From Mesotaenium endlicherianum (Eukaryota), in the NCBI GenBank assembly GCA_009602735.1, contig WELA01003597.1, forward strand, positions 751,157 to 815,156: DNA of 64,000 nt, in the 5' to 3' direction. The translations under genes and the position numbers were made by a program. Shown here piece by piece: positions 63,097 through 64,000 of the stretch (within the stretch, counting starts at the first letter, position 1; each line of letters opens with the position of its first letter). A model generated the notes under the pieces. It saw only the letters and a program-made list of their open reading frames with translations. It had not been told where the DNA came from and searched no databases.

Positions 63097-63980
63097 ATGC
63101 ATATGTACTCCAGGAAGGGCTTCGTAAATACGCGCCAAAGAATCAATAATGCTCTGGAAGTTGGATGTGCCAGGCGATGGCTTCGAGACAAATTGCTTCA
63201 GTGCTCGAGGAATTGTTCACCTGTAAATGCAAGAAGACACTTGGATCACACTAGGCACTCTTTAAGCAGCAGGGACTTGACAACCTACCCCTTTCTGCGT
63301 GATTCTAAATACGATGGCTGGTCACTTCCTCATCTCCAGAAAGAAGGCATCCTGGATGCTTCCTCGAAGTTGCTGGACCACAAACGATCCATGAGCACGA
63401 GGTCTTGCGAGTTTGGGACTCCAAGTTCACCTTTTGATAGCAGGCAAATGGCGATAGTTGCAAAGAACGGGAATGGGGGAGGGAGGGCAGGTGAGGAGGA
63501 GGAGGAGGAGGAGGTCGTCATAGCAATAGGGGCAAACATAGGCGATCGGATAGCAAACATCGACAGAGGACTACAGCTCTTGCGGGAGGCGAGTTCTCAA
63601 TGTCCCTTTTCAACGTGAAGCTCTGAGTGTTACAGCTGCTATTGATAAGAATGGACCTCACAGTCATCCCTGCGTAGAGTAGCCCGTGGAGCAGCTTGTT
63701 CCAGCCTTGTGGTCAGCTATGGCCTGCTCAGCCGCTCTCGGAGAATTCTTAAATAAATGAATCACTGCCATGGAACATAAGTGCACAGGTGCATGTGTTG
63801 CAAACTGTAGTGGCCTCCGTACATGTCTGCTCCTGAAGCTATTCGTGGGTCATAGGTATACTGAGGGGTGAGGTTGTTTCTGCGCAGGCAGGCATAAGGG
63901 TGGAAAGGCACGGCTGTCTGTACGAGAGTGCCCCTGCCTATGTGACTGACCAGCCCAAGTTCCTCAATTCTGCCGTGCAG
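63097..63980 (+). CDS. Folate-pathway HPPK domain (likely bifunctional HPPK-DHPS with N-terminal targeting peptide), 3'-partial. Exons 63097-63588 and 63888-63980
   Basis: EVVIAIGANIGDRIANIDRGLQLLRE|AGIRVERHGCLYESAPAYVTDQPKFLNSAV matches the plant HPPK N-terminus. The DHPS part would lie beyond the window. Confidence 0.9.
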
Positions 63981-64000
63981 GTACGAGTCTTGCTGCTGCC

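Overview
Eukaryotic nuclear DNA from a short-read draft assembly, with many N-gaps at G/C runs and microsatellites. Land-plant-like proteins, GC-rich internal exons and TG/CT-microsatellite introns suggest a streptophyte green alga (inference). Nine genes could be built by hand: PIE1/SWR1-type Snf2 ATPase (+, 5' end outside the window; it contains a false gap and a 3.7-kb duplicated block that are probably assembly artefacts); arginase (-); an unknown AP[FYW]-repeat protein (+); a type-II membrane protein fusing a conserved plant GT-like domain to an FkbM/METTL24-like methyltransferase (-); an ARIADNE RBR E3 ligase (+); a HY5/HYH-like bZIP (+); NAA38/LSMD1 (-); an intronless, possibly organelle-targeted ORF resembling a bacterial PD-(D/E)XK-like family (-); and the 5' part of HPPK-DHPS (+). 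The most unusual signals are in the introns. (1) Many have a C-rich tract just after the donor and a G-rich tract in place of the polypyrimidine tract, and the two can base-pair. (2) Internal donors are mostly GT(G/A)(C/T)GC-like and lack +4A. (3) Several introns carry decayed copies of the upstream exon end and donor. No RNA genes, CRISPR arrays or intact mobile elements were recognised. All exon coordinates were derived by eye without RNA evidence.
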